64,000 bases of DNA from Bugula neritina. Taxonomy: Eukaryota; Animalia; Bryozoa. A program made the translations under genes and the position numbers. The notes under the pieces were generated by a model that was given only the letters and a program-made list of their open reading frames with translations, did no database searches and was not told the origin of the DNA. Below are positions 38,966 to 53,645 of the stretch, piece by piece (position 1 is the first letter of the stretch; the number at the start of each line of letters is the position of its first letter). The stretch is taken from assembly GCA_964035545.1 (NCBI GenBank), contig OZ037766.1, positions 4,516,722 to 4,580,721 of the forward strand, in the 5' to 3' direction.

Positions 38966-39750
38966 CATAAAACTAAATGTACCTTCTCTATGTAATATAG
39001 ACTGCAATAAAAAGTTCATTTTTCAGCAGCTTGGTGTTCTGTCTTCAACTAGACTGACATTTTTATCAGTAACCCCAACAGCATTGGCAACTCTGTATAA
39101 TTAACAATATATCAGTAGACTTGAGTACATGACTGTTTAGTATTCAATAGCCTCATATTTTTTATTACCTGCATGTAATTTACGGGACAGTTTCATCTTA
39201 TAGTTTAAAAGTTATTCATTCTTTCGGAGGAGATAACTTTATGCTATAGTTTTGAAATTGGCTCCAAGCCAACAATCATTTTCTCAACTTAAAGCAACTA
39301 TACACCTCTACCTATTAGGAATATATTGTCATTATTTGTAGAAAATAAATAATAAGAACTATCAAAGAAAAGCTAAAATTATGTTTTGTCATTTCTTTTA
39401 ATTCTCAAACAATATAAATGCATTGACCTGTGCAACTCACTTACTATTGCCAATAGACTGAATAAAAGACAGATATTGAAGTGTGGATTAATTGGAAAGA
39501 TATACAGCTTCTTCCAAATATAGAAAGTGTTTACGGAACTCTTAGTCTATTACCATTTGCCATCCCACATAACGTGGGAACTTATTAGTATGCAACTTAT
39601 GTACTTCATTAATGTAACATAATCCACTTATAGTACATGTCTCAAATGCAATGAGCTGTTGATTATTTTTAAGCAATAGTAAATCTTTTTCAAAACCGAA
39701 ATACTATGGCTATTCAAAAAAAATTAAGATGACGCAACATTTGGCATATA

Positions 39751-39788
39751 TGCTATAGACTATAGCATATATGCTATAGTCTATAGCA
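39751..39788. repeat. Perfect 38-bp nested palindrome
   Basis: TGCTATAGACTATAGCA-TATA-TGCTATAGTCTATAGCA. Confidence 0.9.
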
Positions 39789-40284
39789 AATAAATGAAGC
39801 ATTTTATCATTTATATTGCTATTATAATTATAGTTCTTATACTAACAATATGATTGTAGATAGCATGATAGCCTAACGTGCTATTGCATTGCAGAAATTA
39901 TAGCTTCCCTGGCAGGTTTCACAAAGAGACATTACTTTGTTGCTGAATTATATACTTAAGATGATAAGATACAGCAGCACAACATCTGATTGGCTAGCTG
40001 AGAGGGCAGCTGTAGGTTAGTCCTAGACTGTTAGTAGAATCGTGTGATCTAATATAATAAATGTTATATGTTTTACTGAGATAACAAGAGGTTTATGGTG
40101 CTAACGAGTCCACCACATTTAACCAATCACTTGCTATCAATTAATTAGTTAAACATTTAGGTGTCTACCAGCCTCTTCTTAGATTAACAAATGCTATTAT
40201 TTTGATCTTTTGATAGTTAATCTTTCACTTGCCGAAAAGAGAGAAAAAGAGTTTATTTTATGCCCAGTAGTCAATGATGCAGAG

Positions 40285-40432
40285 TGGCAGTAGTGTAGAG
40301 GGGTAGTTGCCCTATATAGAAGATAGTGGTGTAAGGGAGGGGTAGTAGGGATGTAAGGGAGGGGGGTAGTAGTGGTGTAAAAGAGGGGCAGTAGTGGTGT
40401 AAGAGAGGGGGTAGTAGGGATGTAAAGGAGAG
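40285..40432. repeat. G-rich ~20-bp minisatellite (GTAGTGGTGTAAGGGAGGG)
   Basis: 5-6 imperfect copies. Confidence 0.75.
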
Positions 40433-42783
40433 TTACCCTGTAGACAAGATGGCAGTGTGAAGATAGCTACGTGATCATACTGCAGTGAGCGAATGTTTCT
40501 CTACATTTTATTCTAATTTCTTTCATTTGTCCGTAGAATTAAAAGCTAATATGCTCATAACCTGACATGACATACATGCAACAAAATAAAGCTCTGGCAT
40601 TCTATGCTAGTTATATATATAGTTTACATGTACAGTAACTGCAGTTAGTTAAGCATTACTAAATTCATAAAAAAGTACTTGCAAAAGTTTTGTAAACTTT
40701 CCAACATTTTAGACAAAAAACGGTTCATTTGACTAATTTACTCAAACTATAGTTTGAGTAGCGGCAATTGGCTGAGTGTGAACTGTGAATAGAATTGATG
40801 ACGCATAAGAGATCTCTCCTCCCTAAATTATTCAACAAGCAGGCATAAAACTCTTAAATAAACATATATACATATAAAGGCGTGGAATAAATAAAAAATG
40901 CTTATATTCCTCATCTAGAATCAATATTTTTCAAACATTACACAAATGCCTTTAGAAACTAAATGGTTTTGTATTTTAAACTCATGCCAAATTAAAAATG
41001 GGGTGTCAAATTTGATTCAATGATAAGAAAAAGTTGTTGAGCAGTTTTAAACAAGTTTTTATATCAGAAATATGAATAATTTATAAAGATAAAGTTGCAG
41101 CGTAGTCAAGACAGCTTAATGAAAGTAGACAATGTTTAGTTTGAGGTAAGATAACACCAGTAAGCAAACGGTGCTAACATTGAAATTCAAAGCAATTATG
41201 TTGAAAGATGCATTCTACTTGAAATTAAGAATATTGACAATAAAGAGAAGTTACGGGCTATGTAAACCGTCCTATAACATGAAACTCTATCACGCAGCTG
41301 CAGCTACTGCCTCCAACATTACCATAATATTACTTTTATGTTTTGATGAACTAAAAAGCCTTATAGACTAAACTATAACTGTGAGTTATTACAAACTCAT
41401 TTTATTATAAAAGTTTAAAGCAAGCCATGATGATTGCATTTCATTACATCAAATTGCAATATTAATGATTGAATGATTATTCTAGTATTGATATTCATGC
41501 AGAGTTGCAAATGAGCAGCTGTCGGTATTTATTACAAGCTAGTCTAGCTTTATTTGCAGCATACTAAAACCAACTGCTCTTTGCTTGACAAGTGCTGCTC
41601 TGTTTAAATTTAAAAGTTCAAAAAATTTAGCTGGTAATAAGCAGGATCTATCCGTGTAACTACCAGTAGAATTTCATTAAATAAATTTGACAGATGATTC
41701 TCTGCTTTTTTTAATTATTTTTGTTATTCAAAAAAACAAACAAGCCTCAAAGCTGCACCCCTAGGAAAGCAGAAACAAAGGCAACACAAGATTGGTCGCA
41801 GATAAAATTGCTTCATACCGAGCTGTGACTATTGCTTTTGTAAGTTTGAAGACTTGTTCATTCAATGTGCTGGCGGAGTGAATCAAACCGTGTTGAATAT
41901 CAAAGGGGGAGATGATTTGAACTCGAGAATATGTTGCAATCTGAAGTAGATGCTGTAATTGGTGTGTAGTGGAGGAGTTAAGAGCACACTTCCTGTGGTA
42001 AAAACATCTGTTCAAATTACTTTATGATTAACCAAAACACTGCATGACAAACAATTAACTGTTGCTCTTCAGCATTCAATGTCACTACTCCATGTTTGGT
42101 CGTTGCAACAGAAGCTTCGGTTAAATTATCTTCACTTATAAATGTTTATACTGATTGAAAATTGCTATAAAATAATAATTTGTTTACTAAAAGTTTCCAT
42201 TTCACAAAATACATGCTTACTCATATAGTTCACCTAAATAAAAAAATGTAAGTGTTACTTAAAATGTTGTTACTGTAATATTTTTGTTACTCAGTTTATT
42301 AAGAATTCAAGAAAATTTTAAAATTTTGTTACCTTTATTCTAAAAAGTGGAATCTAATTTTTTTCTCTTATATCAGGGCACCAGAACAAGATACACCGTA
42401 TCAATAAGTTCATATAAGGAAATCGTTTTAATGATATAAACAATAGTACTTTTTGGTAGTAACTACAAATAGTTTCTGTTTATATAGAGGTCTCAACTTA
42501 GTGTTTAAATTTTAATTTAATTTTTCACTAAACGAAACTCTGGTGGTAATCCAGTCTTATCTTAATTCAAATCTCAATTACTTACAAAGTGAGTGCCAAA
42601 TGACTGGCATTGAAGCTGTGCTTACCAGACTGTCTAGGCAACCATGTGTATAGCAAATGTATGTATTGATGTCCTATTTTATTTTAGTAAAGTGAGTTTG
42701 TACTTTTTGATATGCATTAAAAAAATTTAGATTCACAGTTTACAATATTAATCTATTTTTTATATAGTATGATATAATCGACT

Positions 42784-43475
<692 letters not shown>

Positions 43476-46300
43476 CATATTTTGCTGTGGGTATTGCAAG
43501 TTTATACAGCCATATATTGACATTTTAAAGTTTATGAATCACAACTGCATATTAATGTTACTACTTCTACCACAGGTAAAGGGTTCACTATTGAGGTATA
43601 TATAATACACATTCTATTGATGTAATAGTACTCAGGCTTTAAGTACTCAACTAATTAACAAATATGCACCAAATGACTCTGTCATCTAATTTAGATATCA
43701 ACAGTATAGCATGCTGTGACTTCGTTAACATTTACAAGTACTTTACCTTGCTAATGTAGTGCTATACAGCAATAAAATGTTTTAAGGTAATAACTCTGTC
43801 ATATTACTAGAATACGTTTGGCAACAAAAAGTTATAGTATCAAAAAACTCAAGGTTATAACTGATGAACTCATTGCCAGAAAACCAGTTGGAATAAAAAT
43901 CAAAAGGAAAATTCATTTCTGTAATCATTAGTATCTCTAATGGCAAGGCTTTCTTTTCTCCATCTCTTTAAGCCTTCAAATCAAACCATTTGCCAATTGT
44001 GTGCGACAGGTGACGCATTCATTCAAGGAAATAAATGACTACAGTTACGTAATGAAGTTTCTAGTAGGCACAGCTCCTTTTTTGTATTCTTCTAATTGAT
44101 GGAAGGTGTCAATCTTGTACTCTGATGCGATGCTGTAAAAAAGCTAGTAAGAAACAAAGCTACATCAGCTAATCGGCCATTTTAGAGAACCTTTAGTCGA
44201 TCATAAGCCGAATATTTCTTTAAATATTTGTTAAATGAAGTTTATTAATCTGAAGGTTAGTTTATCTCTTTGTTAAAAAGCTGAAAATCACTTTTTAGAA
44301 GTAAAATAGGCTTCAAATGAAGTTTATTAGTTGAGTACTTGAAAAATTTGACATTTATAAATGGATTCATATCAACTCCATATCATTTTCACTATAACTC
44401 TGTAGTAACTCGTCTGACTGCAAGCTAGTGCATGTAACATTATATTACTCAGCTATTTTGTGGTTTTAATTAATGAAAAGTAAAACAGGCAATATTATTG
44501 AAATTTTATTCTAAATTTTACTATGATGTAAACTACTTTCAGCCACCAGGTTAATTAATTGTAGTTTAAGGCCACTTCCTTTCCAGAATTATCTGCACGC
44601 AATAAAAGCTTACATTAATACCTGTTGAAATTTACCATCAACAAGTATTTCTTCATCATTTGCAGTGGTTGGTCAAAAGTTTAAAGTTCAAGCATCAGTG
44701 CATTTCATTTCTAGCTGTTTTAGCCATCTTTAGAATTGCTTTTAATAGTAGTATAAAATATAGTGGCCAAACACTAACTATAGAAATTGAAAGTTATAAT
44801 ATGTGAGTTATGTTCATGCAGTTGTGAAATAAACAACGTCATAATCTAAAACTGATTAATGGTTTGACTCAGACTGAAGATAACAAAACAGTACTGAGAT
44901 TAGTTAGACAGATTAATTGTAGCAATTAACACATTTGCCACAATTTATCATGACAAGTTGCCATTATTGCAGCATCTATAGTAATTATAGATCCATTTGA
45001 TTCTTAAGACTGAATAGCATCTCCAGCTTAACTCAGTGAGCTGCATGTATACTTAACAGGTTGAACTTTGAGTTTACTGACACCATTTATATTTTATGTC
45101 GATACTGAAGTTATAGCTCTTTGCAATTTCAATTTAGTCTGCCATTTGAGTTAGAAGTCAAGAGAAGTTATAAATAAAGGTTTTCTAGTTTTTTTTCTAC
45201 TTAGTGAAGGAAAAAACATGTAGTAATAAAAAGCAGAAAAAAAGTTACCAATAATTTCTGCTAAGTTGTATGAACTACTATACATATATTCAAAATATCT
45301 TATAAATTGTATTCAATTAAACCTGTGACAGATACAGATCCTGTTACTTAATACCAGAGGAGCAAAGCAAGGGTAAGCAACTCCCAATAAGATGCAACTA
45401 AGTAAATTATGTTTGACTTACTAGCAAATTATTTGAAATTAAAAAACATTGCAACGGCATGATTTTAGTTGAATGGTCAATCCCATATTTTTACTATAAA
45501 ACATAAAAATGCTTTCATGCTTTTAAAAAGAAGTTGAAGGTCATCCGATTGTTATGTTGACTTGTGAAAAAAGCAGCTGATTCAAGTCTGAAAATTGGGA
45601 TCCCTGAATTTATGTTTAGCCCTATACTAAGAGCCTATTGCCTAACTCGACCATTGGTTAACGTTAGAATTATGCAGCCACATGCATTTATTTGAAATCA
45701 TAAGAGCAGATAAATCTTAGTTCCGTTTGAATTGCATATTCACAAAAAGATTTTCTAAATACAAAGTGTCCTTATTGCAAGAAACTAAGAACTCAGCTGC
45801 TTTAATATCAAAATAAAAGCATTTATTTATAAATATTATGCATAAAATAAATAAAAAATTAGGTTCACCTCCTGCATAGAGAGGAATAAAGTATAACGAG
45901 TGGAACAATTGAAAGAAGAAATAAACTGTGGGCGACTCAAGTATTCAGAAAGAGGCTTTACAAAATAACATAATTTCAATATAAGGCTTAACCAGTAAAT
46001 TATGAAATAAGCTTGGTAAAAATTAGGCACAAAAACCCAATTAATAAGCAAATTTCTATTCTCTTAATACAAAATATTGCAAGAGTGTAGATAGATATTT
46101 CTGAGCACCTAACATAAATAAGCTAAAGCAAAATAATATATTATGTTTTGGTAAAAAAATATTGAATTTTTGGACTGATTGAGTTCAACAGTAATTATAT
46201 TTCTTGATATGTTGACAGCGAGACGTGACTCATAACACCAACTAATGCTGACTCAGATACATGCTCTAAGCAATACGTTTTTTCTATACAATTCAGCATC

Positions 46301-49300
46301 TTAAATGCCTTTTGCTATGCTTTCTGCAATCTCTGGAGTTGTCACATCTTTTCTCAGTAATACTGGTTCTTCGTAAAGTGTGTTGGGATAGGTTCTAAAA
46401 ATAAAAAGTGACATACAAAATACAATATAATTTATATCAAGGAAAGAAAAATCCTGATTACAGCTTGTAACTAGCATATATATATCACAGGATATTATAT
46501 TTAGTGCACTTGAAAAAAGTAATAAACATGAAAAGCTAGTTGTTGTATGCAAACTGGGTGGTACATACCTAAATTTATAATTATTCTATACAAAACAACA
46601 CAGATGGAGGCAGTGAAAATACTTTAAATTTTTTGAGGAGACAACTCTATATTTAATTTCCGGTCCAAAATAAAAATTGAGACCAAAAATAAGTCAACAA
46701 GCCAATAAAAATTTGAAGCCATTACAGCAACTCGACACTTATTTTTAAAACAAGTAAAAATATGGGAATATATTATACACTCAATCATAACGAATTTTAT
46801 CAGAAGTTGTCCCCTTTTTATAATACTTTTTATCTATAATTTTAACAGCTACTTAACGTTAAACTTGCAATATGGTGCATTTAAAGTTATATTAACCTTT
46901 TTGAATGAAACAACAAAAATGAAAATGAAAAACGATATTAGATTTGAGCAATAATATAAACAAGGTAATTTAAGTATTTAAATGTAGTCAGTGAAAACAT
47001 GATTATATGTGGTATATAAACACAACCTAAACATCCAAGAGGGTTAAAAGCTGTAAATGTTCACATCGCTTTATTCCTATTATATGATTTTTTATTGTTG
47101 CACAAAGCTGAATGTGGTACTTAATTAACTTAATAAAACCCATAGAGGTTTGTAACACCATAATATCAATTATTTCACCATTCAATCTAATCAATCTATT
47201 TCAGCCCATTTCAGTCCACAACTCTACACTGTTCAGGTGTATCACAGTGACTAAGAAACTAACTTCTTTGTCAGATTAATAGATAAATAAAGTAGTAGTT
47301 AAAGTTTCCTTAAAACAATATCCAATAATTTCTATCCACTACTATTTATTCGCATAAGGAGTATAAGACACATTACAAATAATATAGAGGGAAGACAACT
47401 ACAAAATAGCATGTGTACCTTTAGTATTATGAGCCTGCAGGACAGAGAAAGTCTTTCTCACCAGCTTTGCTGAAACCATTAACCTTCTGGCAGGTGCATT
47501 GGTTCTACAAGTTGTAACAAGTTGCATTGAGGTGATCGGGTTAAGGTACAGCAGATGATCCACATGGTATATCACTCACACATTCAATGAGCAGATAACA
47601 CTGATATCTATTGCCTTGAGTCTAGGGTCAAGTGGCAATTCACTGGCAAGTGTGAGCAGGTGTGTTCTCTACCACAAGTAGGTGATGCAGTAAACATGGG
47701 TATATATAAAACTCTAGTGTGACAGTCGCTATCAATTGATGTTATACACTTAGAATTATAAAACAGATTTTCACTGAAGAAATCGTGTAGGAATTTTAGA
47801 GAATAAACTGTTGGCATCTTGGGTAACTTCTTAGACATAACCAGCTATGGAGATCTGAGATTTCAAATTTTGGTAACTCATTCGGCTTGTAGTAGCGGTG
47901 GAATTTAACTGCTAAGCCTATGCATACTGTTGATGAAATAATTGGGCTAATATTCTGCTAGACATGAAGGCAGCGATGCCGATTATTACCAGGTGGTTTA
48001 GAATGAGTTTCAATAATCAATTATGCTGGTATGTAATTAACGTAAAATACTAACCAAAGTTTTAGACATCAAAGATATTAACTCAGTTTTTGCTCGCAAT
48101 TCAGCTTTGATTTTTTCTTCGTGCTCTTGTTTCTGAAAGATAAAACTCAGCAACGTTAAGATGATGCATACAGGAGGAATAAAGCAGATGAAAGGCTAGC
48201 TGTGACACAGTTGTTTACCAGATCTCTATGCTTTACATGGCCACCACCAGCAACTCAATTTTACAGACGAAAGAACTAGAAAATTAGGTGCATTGTGTCT
48301 TACTGAATTAATCATAATTATTGCATTAATTCTATTTTAGAGTTGTACGCTCCTGATTGGAACATTATTGTCTATATGGTTTCATAAAATGGCCCCATTG
48401 AGATATATTCAAGTTTTGCTGTGAAGTAGAAAAAATATGGAGAATTATTAGGTAATCTGAAACTATAATCTCCAGAAAGTTGTATTTACTAAATTTTAAT
48501 TAGTCGAGCAGAAAAAAAAGGAATGACAAGTATTAGATAGTCACAACTGTAGAAGATGTTAAAACCTAAAGTTTTAAAATAGCTGTGGTTACTACATGTT
48601 TTGGGCTGCCTCTTTGGGAATTAAACCCTAACATATAAGCTTTACCACTGAACAATAGTCATGTTGAAGACCAACTATGAATATTTTAGGCTATGAAGAC
48701 CTAAGGCTAACTATGGAGACCTCAGACTAACTATGAAGATCTCAATACTTTCCAGCCAAAAACAATAAACACATTCCAGTGCCACACGACATTAGTTCTG
48801 CCTTCGCTCAATTTAAATTACATTCCTTTGCGGAGATATCCTAATAGTGGTTGTACACACTACAGTAACATACAGTATACTATCTAGTTAATGGCTCCAG
48901 CAAACACACAAAACCAACTTCAGTCCTATACTGATCCTTGCACAAAATTTTTCTAACTTTTCAAATAAGCTGTTTTATGGATCTGGCATCTTGGAGTTTA
49001 GTGATGTTGGACACTGGGACAGGTGAAAACCAAAGATTATCAATAAATATAATCTCGGATTAACCCCGTAACTAGGTTAAGTGACAGACCTGTAATGTTA
49101 TTATTTACAGCGAGCCTTATCTAGTTAGTTACAGTTGTGCTGGTTACTAAATTAATTACTTATCAATTTTACCTTTGCCTCTAATATTATGCTGGTTTGT
49201 TAAAACGTATTATTTGTAACCAGTTTAGGTTGAGGCTTTTATGAAACAATTTGCATCGAATATCAAGACTCTAGTCAAATGACATATGCAATGAAAGCAT

Positions 49301-52300
49301 CATAATACTATCAACTTCACATGGTGTAGAAGCTAAGTAACAGTAAACAGAAAATCTGCATGAAACTGGTCATGTAGTTCAGTGGCAAAAAATATTCTCT
49401 GGGGAAATTCTAAAACATGTAGTAGAAAAGAATTTGCCAAGCACAAAGGGAATTGTCAACTAGTATGATGTACAGCTATGTAGAGTCAGTACAGAAGGAA
49501 TGATAATAAATAATAACACTTTTACATGCATGCAGTATAGTATACAGTATACAGTGCTCCCTCCATAGTTCCCGGATCCAATTCTCACGAAATTCCATAA
49601 ATTTGGACCGCTGTTTTGTGGCTTATCCATGCGAGTATAGGAACAAAATCGCCAAAATTACCAAATCCGTGAGCATTTTACCATGTCATGAATTGAGGTT
49701 TCCAGCTTAGTGAGATATTCATATCAGCAAACAAACTAACAAGTAAATAAGATATAAACTATAGTTTTCAGTTCTCACCCCGATTAAATGATGCTCCAAC
49801 TCGACAATAGTCTGTCGTAGTGAATTGACCTCCGAAATTATGGCACCGAGAAAATCTTCGTCTATGGTATAAGTTCTGGGAGCAGAGCAAGACATCTTTC
49901 TGTTGATGACTTGCATCTCATCCGATTGTTGCACCTGTAACCAGGCAACGCCACCACTATGAATGACTCATTAGCATAATGACTCACCATGATACCATAA
50001 TACTGTGCAACAGTGTAACGGCTAAACTATGCTAGTATAACCTGCAAGGAACCACTAGTCTAGCACTACTACTCTAAGAACATTCACTGCTCACCCTACA
50101 AACTATCACTAAGTACTGTTACTATAAGTGAGTGACTCAATGAGTGAATAGTCCAGCACTAAATGAGCAGTAACTAGATACATGAAGTTATAATAACATT
50201 TTATTACAATGCTAATTCTGTTTTAAATAATTAATATATATTCTGCTTAAAACTGTGATTTATCATACAATTTCTCTAAGACAACCAGAAAGTTTGTATA
50301 ACTATGATGGTAATTGTGAGCAGTTGTAGAAAAGGTGATGCTGAACGTCTGCAACTCAGAAATGTATATCTGCAACTCAAAAGAGTATATCTGCAGCTTA
50401 TAAGTGTACATACTAGACAAGGAGAATTGCGTATGATTGTATTACTATTATGACAAGCTACGAGCACTCTCAATCAATACATGAGGATATTGTAAATGGG
50501 GTCACTGCGCTATGAATAACAAATGAACCTTTTTAAACAGAGAAACTCAATTTAGAATAATTGCAAAAACCTAATTAGAAAAGATGCTTGAGAGGTGGTA
50601 GAAGCTCTCACTTGTATTCTATAATATCATGTTCAATAACATTGGGATCACAGATCAAAGTCAGGTTTGATAAAGATACAGATTATTTAGACTAAGGACT
50701 AAGTGAATACAAGTTAGGGAGGGGGGAGGGTTAGACCTACATTTGATTAGCTTTCTAATGACAGGAAACAGTTATGTTGCGTTTTCAGTAATCAATTCAG
50801 AGAAACTGAAAGTGGAACATAAAAGGACTGCTGGTCTATTAACTCTGAACAGATTGAAACAAACTTTTCTTTGTGTAAAACTATGATAGGTATTTTCTAA
50901 ATACCGATTAGTATGTTGTGATTGATGTGCCTTGAATACAGCTGTCATGCATACTATATCTCTGGCTAAGTAGTCAGTGGAGAAAGCCTAAGACAAATCA
51001 ATATAGCTCACTCACACCTAGTCTTATTAGTAGAAAATATTGGATTAGCGTCTTAATAATAATAATGACATATGGGTGGTAATATGCCATACTTGTCTGT
51101 GGTTGCAGGATTGTATACCCTGAATAATACACTCCCTGCACTGACACTAGTAACCAGATTTCAATATATTTCAGAGACTTTAAATGATTATGCAGCAAAT
51201 CCAAAGCCATCGGTACAAAAATGCAAATTATTAACTAGCTTGAGTTTTTAAATTCTGGTTTGATTTTAAATTTGAGGCATTATAGTTCTCCATAGCCGTG
51301 ACTTGTGATCACATATATAGCGAATGAGTTTTACTTTATTCTAGACAATTAGATAGTCGCGTGAAAGACTTTCAACCCACTTCTGAAGGTGTCCGGATAC
51401 ATCTAGATCACAACTGCACCTATTAGGCAATACAACTTTTCCATTATAAATCAGAACAAGGAATATTAATCTAACCTGTTTCTTATCTGTAGTAGTAGTA
51501 GTGAGATTGTCTTGTTTGGTAAGAGGGGTGATTTCAATGGTGGGCTTCCGTCTCTCTGTATTAGATAACCCTATTAAATTAATGAGAATCTTCTAAATGA
51601 TTATCAATCAGTTCACCACTGATAAGTGATAAGAGAAACTAGTTTAGTGCAAGTAACAAAATATGATAAAACAGTTTCCAAAACCAAGTGATGAGTTGTG
51701 ATAACAATATATTTTAAACATTAGACTATGAACTTAAGCAAAGAGAAACATTTAGGCGCAGTAGCAGAGAAAATTTCGATAGCCTAAATTCTTCAACTTT
51801 CTTAATAAACCTGATTTAACGTTAAAATTCTCTTGAGAACATAACTTCTTTTGCTATTTTTCTCAAAACACAAGTTTTTCTCAATTTTTTACTACTACAC
51901 CTACCTCAAATGTCGCCAGAAAAGTGTTAGAAATGGAAGTTCTAATATCTACACAAGCTGGACTAAAGTCTAAGCATAAGGAATGTTGTCTCTCAAAACA
52001 TAGAAGGAAGTAAACAACAAGATAAATTGCAAGTGTGGCACAACAGGCTGTCAACACAGAATAGGTCAACTTTCATTACAAAATCAAGTTAGTGGGGGAA
52101 CAGAAATTACAACTGATAGACTGATACCTGGTAAAGCAGATGTGACAGTTGAAGCCTGGGGTGTGGTTTGCTTCTCCGTGACTGTGTGAGCATTGAGAGA
52201 GGTCTCTGAATCAGTGTCGGCTGTAGCTACTGGTGCAAAGCAATCGGATTCAATAGACGCTGATAAATCAATACCATTTGATGCGTCTTCAACTGCGTCA

Positions 52301-53277
52301 CTGTTCATATTGTTACTGTTCAATTGTTTCGACTCGTCTACTAGCTGAGTAGATGGAGATGGACTCTTTGATGAGTTCACATTCCGTTTAGTGAGGTGAG
52401 ATGAAGGGTGAGATAGTCTGGGTGCCTTACCCTTATCAGAGTACTTCATGACCGGTGAACCAGTTTTGGCAGCGCTCCTGGCAAGATGGCCCCCTGGCTG
52501 ACTAGTCGTCGTGGAATGTGAAGCTGACTGTTTACTTTGCGTTGCTCCTTTTTGTGCGCTAGAATTTACATCCTTTTTAACGGCGAGTTTCGATCTAACA
52601 GGAAGTGGACTATTTCCGCCGAAAGAAAGTTTTGATTTGCTAGATTTACTGGATATGTTGGATCGTACAGAGTTGCTAGAGCCAGTAGAATCGTTTCTAG
52701 ACACGGGACTTTCCATCGTCTTTGAACTTGGCTGCTGCAGACTTTGTACTGCTTTGTGACTCTTGGAGTTGCTTTTACTGTTTGCATTTACCGATGCAGC
52801 TTTATTAGCCGCGAGTTTTTCTGCAGTAAATTTTCGAAAAAATGAACGGAGTCCCGATCTTGGTTTTTCAGAGGAATTAGTGTTCGTATCATCAAATGAT
52901 GTGACGTTTGAATTATTTGCAGCGGGTGGTGGGTGACTGATGGTGACTATAGCCGAGTTGGGTCGCGCTCTTTCTACTCCGTTACGGGGCACATACCCTC
53001 CCAAACTATCACTATCATTGTTAGTCATTAATGCCAAAGGGTCTAAAGTTAAACCGCCTGCGAGACTGGATTGGGAGCGATTACTGGAAGCACTGCTTAT
53101 GGTTGTCATTTCCATAGATTTGGATGTTGGCAACGAAGTCTTTTTTGGTGTTTTGTGGTTAAATCCAAATCGACTACCACCAGATGAAGCACTAGATGGT
53201 GGGCGTATTTTTGACATTTTATAAGTGTGAGAAGGTGAGTCTTTAGTAGTACTAGCACAACCACAGAGCAGACTCAT
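46301..53277 (-). CDS. Serine-rich disordered protein with C-terminal coiled coil, possibly CCSER/FAM190-like (~510-530 aa)
   Basis: Exons 53277-52128 (large S/K/P-rich exon, acceptor at 53286), 51570-51476, 49934-49779 (YTIDEDFLGAIISEVNSLRQTIVELEHHL), 48132-48055 (KQEHEEKIKAELRAKTELISLMSKTL), all phase-consistent. 3' exons are ambiguous (47504-47462, 47434-47419, 46585-46569, last exon from 46394). The family call is by architecture only. Confidence 0.7.
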
Positions 53278-53465
53278 TTGTCTGACCTACAAAGTAGAAC
53301 TTCAGTTTAGTCAGGGTTCAAACAAATCAAAATAAATAATAAACTTTAGCATAACATCACATAAACTATCACACGTTGATATCATTTGCAAGGATATGTA
53401 ATAACATATATTTAATAGTTGACAATGAAATCAATATTATATTTACAGAACTGGTCTACAATTAC

Positions 53466-53645
53466 CTTCGTTTCAGCCTGGTGGTAGACTGGTGGTTTAA
53501 AGATAAGACAAGCTTAGGTTAAAATTACAGAGAGGGAGTCAGATAAACTCGAGGTTTAAATTAGAGCTTCAAATCAGAATTAGAATGTGAACACAAACTA
53601 CACATTAAAGCTGCAATTAATATTAGAATCTGCCAGTCACAGTCC
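53466..53645 (-). other. Candidate 5'UTR exon of the Ser-rich gene
   Basis: AAG|gtaatt donor at 53465, in-frame upstream TAA and no ATG after it; the 5' boundary is a guess. Confidence 0.4.

Noticed and set aside
41761-42015. 84-aa - strand ORF in a slightly GC-richer patch
   Set aside because: Non-ATG start, no family motif and no partner exons found
49551-49700. TA-CAGTG..CCC Tc1/mariner-like left end
   Set aside because: No matching right TIR found
52511-53224. + strand ORFs of 82 and 94 aa
   Set aside because: Antisense shadows of the large Ser-rich exon
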